Source of the DNA: an uncultured virus (IMG/VR IMGVR_UViG_640069328_000004)
Taxonomy: Duplodnaviria > Heunggongvirae > Uroviricota > Caudoviricetes
Virus record (IMG/VR): IMGVR_UViG_640069328_000004
Length of the DNA: 64,000 nt
Direction: 5' to 3' (one strand)
Below, piece after piece: positions 36,052 to 44,770 of the stretch; position 1 is the first letter of the stretch; every line of letters begins with the position of its first letter. A model generated the notes under the pieces. That model saw only the letters and a program-made list of their open reading frames with translations. It was not told the origin of the DNA and ran no database searches. Position numbers and translations under genes: made by a program.

Positions 36052-37954
36052 GCTGGATCTCTCGCGGGCCATCGCGATCAAGTCAGCCGGCGGCGAGGTG
36101 GCCGCCCTGCGGGGGCCGGGGTTCTCCTGGCGCCCGTTCGACCCCGCGGCGCGGCTGGCGGTGCATGTCGACGCGGATATCGACACGGTGGGCGAGCGGG
36201 ACGACATTCCGGCCGTCGCCCTCTGGCTGGCGACTCAGGACCGGTTCCGCATCGTCGGCCTGACCGCCTCGGCGCCCGACAGCAACGCGCAGGAGTTCCG
36301 CAACTGCATTGCTGCCTATGCCGCGGATCGGGACGTGATCCTCGGCAAGGGAAAGGATCCGGCCGACTTCCTGACGCAGGCCGAGCTCGAGGCGCTGGTC
36401 CTGCAGGGGGCCAAGGTGGACGCGCCGGCGCGTGGCTACTGGATCGCTGGCGAGGCGGGATATGCCGCGGCGCATGCCTGCGCCCAGCTGCTGATCTCGA
36501 ATGCGCAGGAGTTCGGATCGACGGGCGCCGGGCCGTGGCAGAAGCTCTGGGTGGTCATTCAGGGCGGCTACACGACGCTGGCGCAGGCCGCCTATGAGGC
36601 GGTGGAGCTGGGGCAATGCCCGGATTTCTTCGACAGGATCCGTGTGGTGGGCCAGCCCAACTGGAATTCCTCCTGGGCACCGAACGCGTGGGGCTACCTG
36701 TTCTCGCGCATGTGGCCGGCGCCGGATGATCCGGGGCTTTTCGGCAACGCGTGGATGCTCTCAGGCTACCTGCAGTGGCATGCCTTCAACCGCGATAATG
36801 GCGGTTCGGACCGAACCTTCTGGACGGCGGTCACGGCCGATTCCGCGATGGGCGCTCATCTCCGCTCGCTGCTGACGCGGCCGGGCGGGGCCTTCACCTC
36901 GCCGCACTTCCGCGCAGGGGACGCAGGGGCGTGGTTCTGGCTCATGTCGGCGCTCGAGCGCGGCAACTTCGATCCGGAAAACCCGGACAACTGGTGTGGC
37001 GCCTACCGCACCTATGTCGGCCGAGATCCGTGGCCGTCCCAGACTGTCGGCTATGGCGCGGGCTCCGGGCTCGGCTCGGTGCCGAATCCCGAGGGCGTGA
37101 CATGGTCGCCTCGCCATTGGGCGCCGCACCTGTCGGTGAACAGCTTTGCGGCGGCCGAGGCCGCGGTGGACCTTGGCCGATGGTATGCGCTCGTCGCGGA
37201 TGTGATGGCCCTCTATCAGGCTGATCCTGTCGTGGAGGAGCCCGAGGAGCCCGGTGACCATCTGGCCGGTCTGGTCGGCGAGTGGCTGCTGGACGAGGGC
37301 TCCGGCATGTCGATTGCGGATGCCGGGCCGAACGGCTTGGCCGGCCGCCTGGGGCTTTACGAGCCGGATCCGGGAACCTCCGCGCCGGCATGGGTGGCCG
37401 AGGGGCTCTCCTTCACGCCGCAGCAGGTCGCCGTGGTGCCCTACTCGCCGCTCCTCGATCATGGCGATCTGACCGTGGTGGCAGTGGTGCGCCCGGACAC
37501 CACCGGCGGCAATCAAATGTTCGCCTCCCGCAGCGAGGTGCCCTATCCGCCCGGGTCGCCGGCTCGCAATGTGTTCCAGCTGCGCAACAGCAACGGGGCG
37601 CTTCAATTCCTCGGCTTCTCTGGCGGCACCGTCATCATTGCCGCGGCGGGCGCCGTGGCAGTGGGCCAGTGGATGCTGGTTGCCGCGCAGAACGTGGGCA
37701 CTGCCGCCGTGCTCCGGAAGAATGGCGCTCAGGTCGCGGCTGGCTCGCTCAATGCGCCGATGGCGCTCGGGGTGGAGACCGATCTGCGCTTCGGCGGTCG
37801 CTTCAACTCGACTGCCTCCGTCACCGATCCTGTCGACGGGCTCGATGGGACGATTGCCTATGTGGCCATCTACGAGGGCCTCTCCTCTGCCGATCTGCCC
37901 GCGGTCGAGGAACGTGCGCGACAAGCCGTCGCATCCAAGGGCATTTCCCTCTGA
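36044..37954 (+). CDS. Nucleoside-hydrolase-like (DUF1593-like) domain plus C-terminal LamG/ConA-like jelly roll
   Basis: [47 protein letters not shown]...GQWMLVA...[11 protein letters not shown]. Confidence 0.65.
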   Translation: MPKLDLSRAIAIKSAGGEVAALRGPGFSWRPFDPAARLAVHVDADIDTVGERDDIPAVALWLATQDRFRIVGLTASAPDSNAQEFRNCIAAYAADRDVILGKGKDPADFLTQAELEALVLQGAKVDAPARGYWIAGEAGYAAAHACAQLLISNAQEFGSTGAGPWQKLWVVIQGGYTTLAQAAYEAVELGQCPDFFDRIRVVGQPNWNSSWAPNAWGYLFSRMWPAPDDPGLFGNAWMLSGYLQWHAFNRDNGGSDRTFWTAVTADSAMGAHLRSLLTRPGGAFTSPHFRAGDAGAWFWLMSALERGNFDPENPDNWCGAYRTYVGRDPWPSQTVGYGAGSGLGSVPNPEGVTWSPRHWAPHLSVNSFAAAEAAVDLGRWYALVADVMALYQADPVVEEPEEPGDHLAGLVGEWLLDEGSGMSIADAGPNGLAGRLGLYEPDPGTSAPAWVAEGLSFTPQQVAVVPYSPLLDHGDLTVVAVVRPDTTGGNQMFASRSEVPYPPGSPARNVFQLRNSNGALQFLGFSGGTVIIAAAGAVAVGQWMLVAAQNVGTAAVLRKNGAQVAAGSLNAPMALGVETDLRFGGRFNSTASVTDPVDGLDGTIAYVAIYEGLSSADLPAVEERARQAVASKGISL

Positions 37955-37967
37955 ACAGGAGACCCAC

Positions 37968-38858
37968 ATGGGCAACATCGATCCCGACATGCAGCCGATT
38001 CTCGATGGCATCGCAGGGCGCCTAGCAGCGCTCGAAGAGGCCGCGCGGCCCACACGCGAGGCGGTGGATCTCGGCCCGCTGACCACGCGCGTGGCGAAGC
38101 TCGAGGCTGCGTTCGCGGCCATGGCCGCGGCGCTGGCCGACTCGGTGCAGCCGGAGACGGAGGCGCCCGCCGACGCGCTGCCCGAAGGCTACCGGGTCAT
38201 GTCGGCGCTCGCGCGGAAGCGGGGCGACGAGGCGGGCGCATGGGGCGCCAGCAACAACATCGTCATGACCACCTGGAAGGGTGGCGCGGGCACGACGGGC
38301 GACCCGAGCCTTTGCGACTGGCGCATGGATGGCTCGGTCGCGCTCTCCTATCGCAATGATGGCCGGCGCTCCGGCGTGCTCCAGGTGGCCAACCCGAAAT
38401 TCTCATCCGGTCGGATCGGCGCAATGATCGAGGTGCTGGGCGCCAACGCCGTCTGCGCCTTCTTCACCTACCGCGACGACACCGAGAAAACCGGGGGCAA
38501 GGGCAAGGAATTCGACTTCGAGCTCATCAAGCGGAATGGCGAGGTGGTGTGGGCCATCGGCATCCATATGCCGAAGCCTGGCGGCGGCGTCGTATCGTCC
38601 GAGAAGGTTTACGCGCCGCTCAAGGCGGGCGTTCACCAGTATGAGATCGAGCACGGAGACGGGTTCGTGGCGTTCTACATCGACGGCGAGAGGGTTGCGC
38701 GGTTCACCCCCGTCGACGTTCCCGGCGCGACATGGGATCTTGGCCACGAGATGCAGTCGCTGTTCTCGGTTGAGTGGCATCAGGGCTGGGCTGGATGGAG
38801 TGAGGCGGACTACGCCACGAACCAAGGCAAGATGCGTGTCCTCGGCTACAAGGGCTGA
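37968..38858 (+). CDS. GH16-like glycoside hydrolase with N-terminal coiled coil
   Basis: AGGAG RBS; CAFFTY, EFDFE (ExDxE), HQYEIE, FYIDG. Confidence 0.7.
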   Translation: MGNIDPDMQPILDGIAGRLAALEEAARPTREAVDLGPLTTRVAKLEAAFAAMAAALADSVQPETEAPADALPEGYRVMSALARKRGDEAGAWGASNNIVMTTWKGGAGTTGDPSLCDWRMDGSVALSYRNDGRRSGVLQVANPKFSSGRIGAMIEVLGANAVCAFFTYRDDTEKTGGKGKEFDFELIKRNGEVVWAIGIHMPKPGGGVVSSEKVYAPLKAGVHQYEIEHGDGFVAFYIDGERVARFTPVDVPGATWDLGHEMQSLFSVEWHQGWAGWSEADYATNQGKMRVLGYKG

Positions 38859-38919
38859 GCAGTCAGCTGATGGGCCGATCTGCCGCCGCCGCCATCTCAG
38901 CTGCGGCGGCGGCAGAAAG

Positions 38920-39315
38920 TCAGAAGCCGGCGATCTCGCGCCGAGCAACCGCGGCGAGGAAGGCCGACCTGGTCATCCCCCGGGCCGACGCCGTGGCATC
39001 GATGGCACGCAGAAGGCCCCGGTCCATGGAGACGTTGACCCGCTCGAGCTTCCCGTCCGCGGGCACATAGGCGAAGGTCATCAGAGAAGCGCCCTCGGCC
39101 AGCGCCTTCCGAACGTCCTCACGAGACTGGATCGCGTCGATGGAGGCGGGCTCGACGGCCGGCTCATCCTCGAACCAGAGGTCGAGCGCCTCCGCCGCTT
39201 TAGCGGGGATCTCCGACCAGTCGTCAGCGGCGGCAAAGCAACCGGGAAGATCCGGGAAGGTGAGGCCATAAGCTGAGTTCGGGTCTTTGTGAACGATTGC
39301 GGTAAAGTAGTGCAT
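38920..39315 (-). CDS. hicB: HicB antitoxin
   Basis: YGLTFPDLPGCFAA...AAEALDLW; RHH RVNVSM...MTRSAFL. Confidence 0.92.
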   Translation of the reverse strand: MHYFTAIVHKDPNSAYGLTFPDLPGCFAAADDWSEIPAKAAEALDLWFEDEPAVEPASIDAIQSREDVRKALAEGASLMTFAYVPADGKLERVNVSMDRGLLRAIDATASARGMTRSAFLAAVARREIAGF

Positions 39316-39366
39316 GGCAAGCGGCTCCAAATGGGCAGGCAGTAGGGGGCGAGAGTAGTGCCGGGC

Positions 39367-39555
39367 TCAGATGAGCCCGGCTTGCCGATAGATGCTTCGA
39401 GCGGTTCCTAGCGAAAGGTCCTTCTTCGGGTGTGGAACGATCACCGTTCTGCCCTCCTTCCGCAATTTGAGGTGTGACCCTCTTTTCGAAACCTCCTCAA
39501 ATCCGGCTGCTTTCAAGATCGTCAGGATCTTCCGGCTGTCTGTTTCTATCTTCAC
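39367..39555 (-). CDS. hicA: HicA toxin
   Basis: GF...RGSHLKL...VIVPHPKKDLSLGTARSIYRQAG. Confidence 0.93.
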   Translation of the reverse strand: MKIETDSRKILTILKAAGFEEVSKRGSHLKLRKEGRTVIVPHPKKDLSLGTARSIYRQAGLI

Positions 39556-39570
39556 TTTCGCCCCCTTTCA

Positions 39571-39607
39571 TGTGTATATATATACACAACACCGGTGGAG
39601 CCGTCAA
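39571..39607 (-). promoter_or_regulatory. hicAB promoter and operator
   Basis: Minus strand TTGACG-N17-TATATA; perfect palindrome TGTGTATATATATACACA 39571-39588. Confidence 0.7.
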
Positions 39608-39750
39608 GTGTTTTTTGCGCAAGAAAGTGTGTTTTCCTATGGCTGGCCGCCCGCCGAGGTTTACAGTCACCTCGAAACCCATTGATCCTGAATGGCCTGA
39701 TTTCGCGTCGGTTTACCGCTCGTCGGCGGTATTTTCAGGCACTTGGCCCT

Positions 39751-39801
39751 GACTCATAATCGTGGGGTCGGGGGTTCAAGTCCCCCCCTCGCCACCATCG
39801 G
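39751..39801 (+). repeat. attR of P1 / attL of P2 (partial tRNA copy)
   Basis: 51-bp identity to 2075-2125; lacks the tRNA 5' half. Confidence 0.95.
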
Positions 39802-39812
39802 TTTCCAAGCAC

Positions 39813-40907
39813 TTAGGCAGAATCGCCGCCCTCGGTTCCGCGCCGTTTTACAGCGCGTTTTACAGCGGGCGTTCCGACTCCGTGCCTTTCGAGCTTCGCC
39901 ACGGCGGATTCTCCCAAGCGGCGATCCCGCCCGAGATAGTGCTTCGACAGGATCCCCTCGGCATCCTTGAGGCTGTGCCCGGTGAGCGCAGCGATCTCCG
40001 GCACGCTGCAGCCGGCGAGCGCCAGAAAGGTAACGGCCGTCCCCCGGAGATCGTGAAACGTCACGCCCTCGATGCGGGCCGCGGCCTGCGCCTTGCCGAA
40101 GCTCGTCTTGAAGCCGTCGCTGGTCCAGGCCTGGCCGCGTGAGGTCTCGCAGATGGTCAGGGTCCTGCGCCGCGCCCTCGCCTCCTCCATCGCCTCGCGC
40201 AAGGGCTGAGCCACCGGGATCAGCATGTGCCGGCCGGTCTTGCTCTGGCGCAGCCGAATCGCCTTCCCGTCATAGGCGGTCCAGGTGAGCTGGAGGATGT
40301 CGGCCTGACGCTGGCCGGTCCAGATCGCCAGCAGGAACGGCAGGCGCACCGGCCTCGGCGCGGCGGCGAGGAAGGCCGCGATCTGCGCCTCGGTCCAGAT
40401 CGAGTCGGCGCGCGAGCCCGTATAGAGCCGGCCGGGCTTCTCGCAGGGGTTCACCGGGATCTTCCGCCGGTCGTGCGCCCAGGACAGGATCCGGGCGAGG
40501 ACGCTGAAGGCATAGTCGGCGCTGCGCTTGCTCTTCTGCGCCAGCCGGTCGCGCCAGTCGAGAAACTCGCCCCGGACGCGCGGATCGGCCAGCGCCTGCA
40601 CCGGCATGTCGCCGAAGTCGGCCTCGATCTGGCGGATATGACGGATGTAGCCCTTCCGCGTCGCCTCGGCGAGATCGGTGAAGGCGGGCGTCTTCTGGTA
40701 AGCCGTGATCAGCGCCTGCAGCGTGCCATCGTGATGCGCGGGCCGGTCCCGCGCCGCGTGAGCGGCGTTGTAGGCCGCCACGAACTCGGGGCTTCCGGGG
40801 GCCGCGTCGATCCTCGGGCCGCCGCGCCACGCATAGTGGTAGACGGCGATCTTGCCGCTCGCCAGCCTGCGGCGAACCCTATGAACGCCCTTCAACTCGA
40901 CCTTCAC
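39813..40907 (-). CDS. int: Tyrosine integrase, P2
   Basis: Same catalytic motifs as and closely similar to P1 Int. Confidence 0.93.
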   Translation of the reverse strand: MKVELKGVHRVRRRLASGKIAVYHYAWRGGPRIDAAPGSPEFVAAYNAAHAARDRPAHHDGTLQALITAYQKTPAFTDLAEATRKGYIRHIRQIEADFGDMPVQALADPRVRGEFLDWRDRLAQKSKRSADYAFSVLARILSWAHDRRKIPVNPCEKPGRLYTGSRADSIWTEAQIAAFLAAAPRPVRLPFLLAIWTGQRQADILQLTWTAYDGKAIRLRQSKTGRHMLIPVAQPLREAMEEARARRRTLTICETSRGQAWTSDGFKTSFGKAQAAARIEGVTFHDLRGTAVTFLALAGCSVPEIAALTGHSLKDAEGILSKHYLGRDRRLGESAVAKLERHGVGTPAVKRAVKRRGTEGGDSA

Positions 40908-41079
40908 GTTTTGCCTTCCATGCTCCGAATGCGTCGTCGACCGGCGGTGCCTTCGTGCTCTCGCGGATCACGATGCGCCCGTCCGGCATGATCTCGCAGG
41001 CCCCGACATCCATGCCGGCATTCTTCGCCGCGCGGATCGCACGGGTCAGGTCAACCTGACGGAACGAGGCCCGCCTCAT
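40879..41079 (-). CDS. Putative excisionase, P2
   Basis: Paralogue of 3203-3403. Confidence 0.6.
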   Translation of the reverse strand: MRRASFRQVDLTRAIRAAKNAGMDVGACEIMPDGRIVIRESTKAPPVDDAFGAWKAKREGRVEGRS

Positions 41080-41453
41080 GGCGCGTCCCCCGATCCGGGC
41101 ACCGCCGCATGAGGCTCATCCCGGCTAAGCTCGCCCTCGTCCTCCACAGCGAGCGCGCTCCAGTCGGTCGGATCCCAGACCGCCCCGAGCCCCCCGCATT
41201 CCCGGCAGCCCGTCCCCAGAGCGCAACTGAACACCGGATCGGTGCCGGCTGTCGGGTAGCCTTCATCGGTCGCGTAGCAGCCGGTGCAGGACACCCATGC
41301 CCCGCATTCCTCGCTCAGGACGCGCGCAACATCGTCCGCGATGGCCTGCCATGTCGGCGGCCCAGCCTCCCCCAAGCATCCCCGGTGTGCCCGCTCCCGG
41401 GAAAGCTCGGCCCGCAGCCGCGTGATCTCCGCCAGATCCAGAGCATCCGTCAT
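41076..41453 (-). CDS. Cys-rich hypothetical protein (CTGC...CRECGGLG)
   Basis: ATGA-coupled on both sides; GGAGG RBS. Confidence 0.6.
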   Translation of the reverse strand: MTDALDLAEITRLRAELSRERAHRGCLGEAGPPTWQAIADDVARVLSEECGAWVSCTGCYATDEGYPTAGTDPVFSCALGTGCRECGGLGAVWDPTDWSALAVEDEGELSRDEPHAAVPGSGDAP

Positions 41454-43261
41454 TCTGTCACCTCCGGAAAGCCGAGCTCGGCCGGCACCCACGCGTCGAT
41501 CTTCGCGCAGTCCTCGCGGTTGAGGCCGAGGGCCTCGCGGGTGGCGGGGTCGGCGAAGAGCGCCTCGAGGCGCTTCGCCTTCTCCCCCTTCTTCAGCTTC
41601 TGGAAACTCTGATCCGCCTCGGCCGCCGGCACGAGCTCGCTCCAGAGCCGGTCGAGATAGCCCGCGCTGCAGCGCCCGAGGAAGCCCTGGGCGGTCGGCG
41701 TCCAGATCCGGCGCACCTCCACCCCGAGCTGGCGCGCGAGCGCCGCCGAGAGGCCGGAGCTGCCGGTGCAGAAGGTTCGCGCCAGCGCCTCGGTCAGGAT
41801 CTGGTTGCGGTGCTTCTTCCCCAGCGCCCGGAAGGCCTCGAACTCGGCCGGGGTGCCGTCCGGGCCGAGGCTCGTATTCGGTTCGAGCCGTGCCGCCAGC
41901 CGCGGCGGGTAACGCGTGCCGTCGGCCTTCTCCGGCGCGATGGGCTGGTCGGTCGGCGAGACCGCGAGCGGGCGCGCCCAGGGGCGGAGGCCGCCGCCGA
42001 GCGAGAAGGCCAGCAGGTCGAGCATGAGCTCGGACTGATCCATCAGCCGCGCCTGCAGCGCCCCGAGCCGGATCCGGTGCAGGTCCTCGATCAGCGATTG
42101 CGGCAGGTCGGGCGCGGCCTCGGCCGCGCCGCGCGGGACCGCCCGCGGCTGCTGATAGGCGCGCTCGACCGAGAGCCCGTCCCGGCTGCTGCAATAGACG
42201 AAGATCCCGGCCGAAGCGCGCTGCGCGTCGGTGAAGCCGCCCTCTCTGCGAGCCTCGAGCTCCGTGAGGCGCGCGCGGCCGGCCTCGTCGAGGGCGTCCT
42301 CGGTCTCGCGCTCCTCGAGCGCCGCGAGCTCCGCTTCCTCTCCTTCCGAGAGCTTCCCCGGCCGCGCGTAGAGCCGCACCAGCTTCTGCGTGACGGTCCA
42401 GGAGACATATTCTTCCGGCACCCATGTCGCCCATTCCCAGCCCTCTTCCGCGCGGATCCGCTCCGCCTCGGCCGCCCCCTTCTCGGCGAAGAGCCGGTCG
42501 AGGAGCGCCTCGTCCTCCAGCAGCGTCCGGTCGGCGAAGAGATCGCGCTGAGAGGTTCCGCCGGCCGCCTGATAGGCCTCGATCCCCACGAAGACCGCCC
42601 GTCGGTCGGTCGAGGGCACGGTGCCGGGCGTGAGCTCGCGCCGCACCTGCTCGGGCCGCACGTCGCGGCCCCGCACCGAGGTGAGAACTTCGAGGCAGCG
42701 CGCGCCGCTCGGCGCCAGCGTCAGCGCCTTCGCCATCTCGAGCGAGATCTCGTTCGCGCGGAGTGCCGCCAGCGCCTCGGCCGGCAGATCCGCGAGCTTG
42801 AGGCGCCGCTCGACATGGGCCTCGGAGCGCGCGAAGCTGCGCGCAATCCGCGACAGGCTCGCACCGCGCTCGCGCATCGCGGCATAGGCGCGGACCTCGT
42901 CGGCCGGGTGCAGCGCCGAGCGGGCGCTGTTCTCGGTGCCCGCCCAGGCCACCGCCTCCTGCAGGTCGGCCGTCACCTTCACCGGCACCGGATCTATCGG
43001 AATGAGATCCGGGTGCCGGCTCCAGCCCTCGGCCGCGAGGCGCTGCAGCGCGCGGAGCCGGGTGCCGCCGCCCACGATCTCGACGCCGGAAGGCGTCAGA
43101 TGGCCGATCAGGTTCTGGAGAAGCCCCGCCACGGCGAGGCTCTCGGCCATGGCCTCGACCTCCTCGGCCGCGATCTCCTGACGGCTGTTCAGGGTCGAGA
43201 GCCGGAGCTCGGCGAGCGGGATGAGGCGCAGATCGCCTCGGGAGATGAAGTCCTTAGCCAT
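41450..43261 (-). CDS. Large ParB/Spo0J-like protein
   Basis: GLLQNL, GGGTRLRAL, ENSARSALHPADE, HTH, RRLKLADL; 603 aa. Confidence 0.85.
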   Translation of the reverse strand: MAKDFISRGDLRLIPLAELRLSTLNSRQEIAAEEVEAMAESLAVAGLLQNLIGHLTPSGVEIVGGGTRLRALQRLAAEGWSRHPDLIPIDPVPVKVTADLQEAVAWAGTENSARSALHPADEVRAYAAMRERGASLSRIARSFARSEAHVERRLKLADLPAEALAALRANEISLEMAKALTLAPSGARCLEVLTSVRGRDVRPEQVRRELTPGTVPSTDRRAVFVGIEAYQAAGGTSQRDLFADRTLLEDEALLDRLFAEKGAAEAERIRAEEGWEWATWVPEEYVSWTVTQKLVRLYARPGKLSEGEEAELAALEERETEDALDEAGRARLTELEARREGGFTDAQRASAGIFVYCSSRDGLSVERAYQQPRAVPRGAAEAAPDLPQSLIEDLHRIRLGALQARLMDQSELMLDLLAFSLGGGLRPWARPLAVSPTDQPIAPEKADGTRYPPRLAARLEPNTSLGPDGTPAEFEAFRALGKKHRNQILTEALARTFCTGSSGLSAALARQLGVEVRRIWTPTAQGFLGRCSAGYLDRLWSELVPAAEADQSFQKLKKGEKAKRLEALFADPATREALGLNREDCAKIDAWVPAELGFPEVTE

Positions 43262-43385
43262 GCGGGATGCCCTTCATGCAATTCTTCTCCGGCGCGCCGG
43301 AGCGCGGGACAGGGCCCTGCGCGCGCGAGGCGCCGGGCAGGTTGAACGGAAGCTGCGCGGACGGACCCGCCGCGCCGGGGGTGGG

Positions 43386-43784
43386 TCAGGCCATGCCGAG
43401 CGCGGCCTTGTAGAGCTCGAGGAGCGTCTCCTCCTCGGCGATGTCGTCGGGGGTCCGCTTGCGGAGCGCCACGATCATCCTGAGGATCTTCGGCGCATAG
43501 CCCCTGCCCTTCGCCTCGGCCATCAGCTCCTTCTGCTGGCCGCCGATCTCTTTCTTCTCGGCCTCGAGCTGCTCGTAGCGCTCGATGAACTGCCGCAGCT
43601 CGTCGGCCGCGACCTGATAGGCGGCCTCGGCCACGGCGCGGTCGGCGGGCGTCTCCTTCATCGGCGGCTTGCGGATCCGGCCGCTGTCGATGGCCGCAGC
43701 CATCCGGTCGAGATCGGCGGCATTGAGGCTCTCGACCGGCACGGGACGCGGGCGCGGCGCGGGATGCGGGGCGGCCTCCATCAC
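43386..43784 (-). CDS. gapR: GapR/DUF2312-family nucleoid-associated protein
   Basis: AADELRQFIERYEQLEAEKKEI...AEAKGRGY...LELYKAALGM. Confidence 0.88.
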   Translation of the reverse strand: MMEAAPHPAPRPRPVPVESLNAADLDRMAAAIDSGRIRKPPMKETPADRAVAEAAYQVAADELRQFIERYEQLEAEKKEIGGQQKELMAEAKGRGYAPKILRMIVALRKRTPDDIAEEETLLELYKAALGMA

Positions 43785-44113
43785 ATGCCTCGCATCGCGC
43801 TGGCCTGCTGGCGCATGGTCTCGGCCACGTCGGTGACATGGGCCCAGAGCACGGTGGCCACGAACAGGAAGCCCAGGAGCGCGAGCGCGCCCACGACGAA
43901 GCCGGTCAGGTTCGACCCGAGCGGGCTGGGTCTGCTCGTCCGGAAGGCGGGCCGCGGCCGGGCGCGGTATAGCGGACGGCCCATGGCGACGGCCAGCTCG
44001 TGATCCGTCAGGAGCCGGCTGGCGGCCGCGCGGATCTCGGGCGTTGGCGCGTGCTCGGCACGATGGCGCGCGGCATTCAGATCGCGGGGCGTGAGGGGCA
44101 GGATCCGACTCAT
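43781..44113 (-). CDS. Small membrane protein
   Basis: Paralogue of 8325-8657. Confidence 0.7.
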   Translation of the reverse strand: MSRILPLTPRDLNAARHRAEHAPTPEIRAAASRLLTDHELAVAMGRPLYRARPRPAFRTSRPSPLGSNLTGFVVGALALLGFLFVATVLWAHVTDVAETMRQQASAMRGM

Positions 44114-44307
44114 GCTCCGAGCGCCTCCCGCGCCTGGCCGAGGATCGCGGCGAGCTCGGCCCCGGTCTCGTCGTCGGCGGCGTCGAGCTGCGGGAGCCCC
44201 GCCTCGGCCGCCGCGAGAAGCCGGCGCAGCTGGGGCTCGGTCAGATCGAGAAGGGCGAAGCGGGCAACTGGCGCAGAGGCCGGATAGCGAATGGCGGTGG
44301 CGGGCAT
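44110..44307 (-). CDS. 65-aa first gene of the P2 left operon
   Basis: GGGAG RBS; ATGA-coupled; ends REALGA. Confidence 0.6.
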   Translation of the reverse strand: MPATAIRYPASAPVARFALLDLTEPQLRRLLAAAEAGLPQLDAADDETGAELAAILGQAREALGA

Positions 44308-44340
44308 CGTAAACTCCCATGTGAGTGCGATGCGCCATAG

Positions 44341-44389
44341 TTCGCATGTGGCGAACTTTCTTTCAAGCAATATATTCGCTATTAGCGAA
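44341..44389. promoter_or_regulatory. P2 OL: two operators
   Basis: TTCGC-ATGTG-GCGAA 44341-44355; TTCGC-TATTA-GCGAA 44375-44389. Confidence 0.8.
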
Positions 44390-44570
44390 CTCTCGGGTGA
44401 CTGACGATTCGTGACCGCCCGACCCTATCAGTCGGAGGGCGCTGAAGAGGATGTTCCTGATCGGGTAACGCTTCGAAGCTGCATGTGGGATGTCCGCCGC
44501 TCGCCGGAAATGGCGAGGACGCGGCGCGGCGCGCCAGCGACTGATCTGTCCCGGAAGCTGCGCCTACAGT

Positions 44571-44585
44571 GAACTTAGTAAGAAC
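44571..44585 (+). promoter_or_regulatory. Putative LexA (SOS) box
   Basis: GAAC-TTAGTAA-GAAC, 8 bp upstream of an ATG. Confidence 0.65.
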
Positions 44586-44593
44586 GATAGGAT

Positions 44594-44770
44594 ATGGAAA
44601 TGACCCGGAAATCAGGCGATGACGTTCTCGCGAAGCTCATCGCGATCATGTTGCGCCTCGATTCCGCTTCGCGGGCCGAGGTTCTGGCGGAGATAGCTGC
44701 GCGTGCTCAAGAAGACCAATCGCATGCCGAATTACAGCCTTCTGATCGTGCTCCGGCAGATCTCTCATGA
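44594..44770 (+). CDS. 58-aa micro-ORF convergent on and overlapping cI (candidate antirepressor; not in track)
   Basis: MEMTRKSGDDVLAKLIAIMLRLDSASRAEVLAEIAARAQEDQSHAELQPSDRAPADLS; AGGA upstream; alternative ATG at 44600. Confidence 0.5.
   Translation: MEMTRKSGDDVLAKLIAIMLRLDSASRAEVLAEIAARAQEDQSHAELQPSDRAPADLS

Larger units (their letters stand above)
2075..39801. mobile_element. Prophage 1: apparently complete temperate siphovirus with HK97-type head
   Basis: Flanked by 51-bp direct repeats; integration, immunity, replication, head, tail and lysis modules in lambdoid order. Confidence 0.95.

Noticed and set aside
39751..39797. Second tRNA-Met gene
   Set aside because: Only the 3' part from the anticodon stem is present; no 5' acceptor strand or D arm, so it is an att core
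39813..43784. ICE or integrated plasmid suggested by ParB plus integrase
   Set aside because: No relaxase or T4SS; contiguous with a phage head-tail operon
44411..44572. 53-codon plus-strand ORF upstream of the P2 SOS box
   Set aside because: No convincing RBS or motif and no counterpart in P1; left uncalled
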